Shown: positions 62,716 through 64,000 of the stretch, in pieces
Layout of the letters: every line of letters begins with the position of its first letter
Numbering within the stretch: position 1 is the stretch's first letter
Source of the DNA: an uncultured delta proteobacterium
GTDB lineage: Bacteria > Myxococcota_A > Polyangia > Polyangiales > JAFGIB01
Length of the DNA: 64,000 nt
Assembly (NCBI GenBank): GCA_963778655.1
Contig: CAVZVA010000002.1
Coordinates: forward strand, 192,001 to 256,000
Reading direction: 5' to 3'
The notes under the pieces: model-generated
The model's input: the letters and a program-made list of their open reading frames with translations, nothing else
Told to the model about the DNA's origin: nothing
The model's database searches: none
Position numbers and translations under genes: made by a program

Positions 62716-63388
62716 GCTCGACCCCGAGTCGGAGCGTGCAGCCGAGCGCTTCAGAATGGTGGAGCAGCAACTCGTGCGGCGAGGGATCGCGGATGCGCGC
62801 GTGCTTGCGGCGATGGCCGCCGTGCCACGCCACCGCTTCGTGCCCGACGCGCTCGGCCGCGCCGCCTACGAGGATCGCGCGCTGTCGATCGGCGAGGGCC
62901 AGACCATCAGCCAACCGTACATGGTGGCACGGGCCTGCGAGCTGGCCGCGCTGCGTCCCGACTCCTGCGCGCTCGAGGTGGGCGCGGGCTCGGGCTACCA
63001 GGCGGCGGTGCTCGCACGGCTGTGCGCGCGCGTGATCTCGATCGAGCTGCTCGATCCGCTGGCCGTACGCGCGCGCCGCACGCTGCAAGCCCTGGGCGTG
63101 GACAACGTGCAGGTCGTGACCGGCGACGGCACGCTGGGTTACCCGCCGCAGGCGCCATACCAGGCGATTCTGGTCGCCGCCGGCGCGCCCAGCGCGCCCC
63201 CGGCGCTGCTCGAGCAGCTGGCGCTCGACGGCCGGCTGGTGATCCCGCTGGGGCCGGACTCCATGCAGACGCTGACCGTGCTGTACAAGACCGCCGCCGG
63301 CATCGAACGCCACCGCTACGACGACTGCGTGTACGTGCCGTTGCGCGGCGGCGGCGGCTGGGCCGACCGCGAGCGCGCCCCCGAGTGA
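62702..63388 (+). CDS. pcm: Protein-L-isoaspartate O-methyltransferase
   Basis: VPRHRFVP, GQTISQPYMVA, LEVGAGSGYQAAVL, GDGTLG, GRLVIPLG. Confidence 0.95.
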   Translation: MSSIELDPESERAAERFRMVEQQLVRRGIADARVLAAMAAVPRHRFVPDALGRAAYEDRALSIGEGQTISQPYMVARACELAALRPDSCALEVGAGSGYQAAVLARLCARVISIELLDPLAVRARRTLQALGVDNVQVVTGDGTLGYPPQAPYQAILVAAGAPSAPPALLEQLALDGRLVIPLGPDSMQTLTVLYKTAAGIERHRYDDCVYVPLRGGGGWADRERAPE

Positions 63389-63401
63389 GCGGGGGCGCGG
63401 C

Positions 63402-64000
63402 TCAAGGCGCGATCTGCGCGAAGTCGGGCAGCGGCGAGGAATCGACCGTGGGCGTGCCGAGCTTGCCGCCGCTCACGTTGCCGAACTGGATGCACATCTC
63501 GCCGGTAAACGCCTGATTGGCGAAGTGCAACGCGCCGATCTCCTCCGGGCTCTTGGGCGCGCCGGTCTGCATCTGGCGCGCGTCCGTGTAATCGATGTGG
63601 CAGTTGAAGTGGAGCTTGTCGCCCGGGTGCAGGCTCACCACGCCCGAGATCGCACCGTCGGTCTTGGCGGCCGGGTTGGGCGGCGGGTTCTGCACCTGGC
63701 TGTCGTAGCGATAGGTCGGCATGTCGAACCAGTCGTAGGACTGATAGGCGAGGTCGATGCTCCCGTCGCCGCGCTCGATCCAGGCCGAGAAATTGCTGGT
63801 CCACACGTGGCGGTGGCCGAACACGCGGATCAGCCGCATCTCGCTGGGGATGCTCCAAGAGTAGTGCAGGTCGGTCACGCTGCCCGGGTCGACCGCGAGC
63901 GAGGTCACCTGCCCCAAGTCGAGCCCCATGTACCAGGTGATCAGGGTCTGCGCGTCCGACTCGCGCCACAGGTTGATCCACCCTTCGCGCAGCACCGGCC
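63402..64000 (-). CDS. PHM-like copper monooxygenase C-terminal part (truncated by window edge)
   Basis: GHRH (HxH), YQSYDW.D, LHPGDKLHFNC, GEMC. Confidence 0.7.
   Translation of the reverse strand, partial: PVLREGWINLWRESDAQTLITWYMGLDLGQVTSLAVDPGSVTDLHYSWSIPSEMRLIRVFGHRHVWTSNFSAWIERGDGSIDLAYQSYDWFDMPTYRYDSQVQNPPPNPAAKTDGAISGVVSLHPGDKLHFNCHIDYTDARQMQTGAPKSPEEIGALHFANQAFTGEMCIQFGNVSGGKLGTPTVDSSPLPDFAQIAP

Overview
High-GC (~70%) chromosomal window. MYXO-CTERM, Gly/Cys-rich lipoproteins, a TSP3-OmpA protein and sigma54 regulators point to Myxococcota, probably Polyangia (inference). About 50 CDS are present: the end of a urease operon (ureF, ureG), an Opp/Dpp ABC operon, a UvrD/Rep helicase, psd, lgt, a PlsC acyltransferase, icmF, glucose dehydrogenase plus a GH63 glucosidase, glyA behind a clear ZTP (pfl) riboswitch, cysG, an AmmeMemoRadiSam pair plus pcm, an 8-heme cytochrome, two PHM-like copper monooxygenases, and a TraB-like OmpA plus MYXO-CTERM adhesin pair. 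I saw no tRNA, rRNA, CRISPR array, transposase or integrase. The most interesting signals are non-coding. (1) At ~31.04-31.35 kb a structured element resembles, from my recall of such elements, the 5' non-coding (bridge-RNA) end of IS110 elements, but has no transposase and is followed by a short ORF and a strong terminator. (2) At 3582-3797 a ~215-nt rod-like fold-back has wobble pairs that all favour the + strand, and lies upstream of a pseudo-receiver sigma54 activator. (3) Two or three dispersed REP-like repeat families occur between genes. All protein calls are from motif recognition; no database searches were run.
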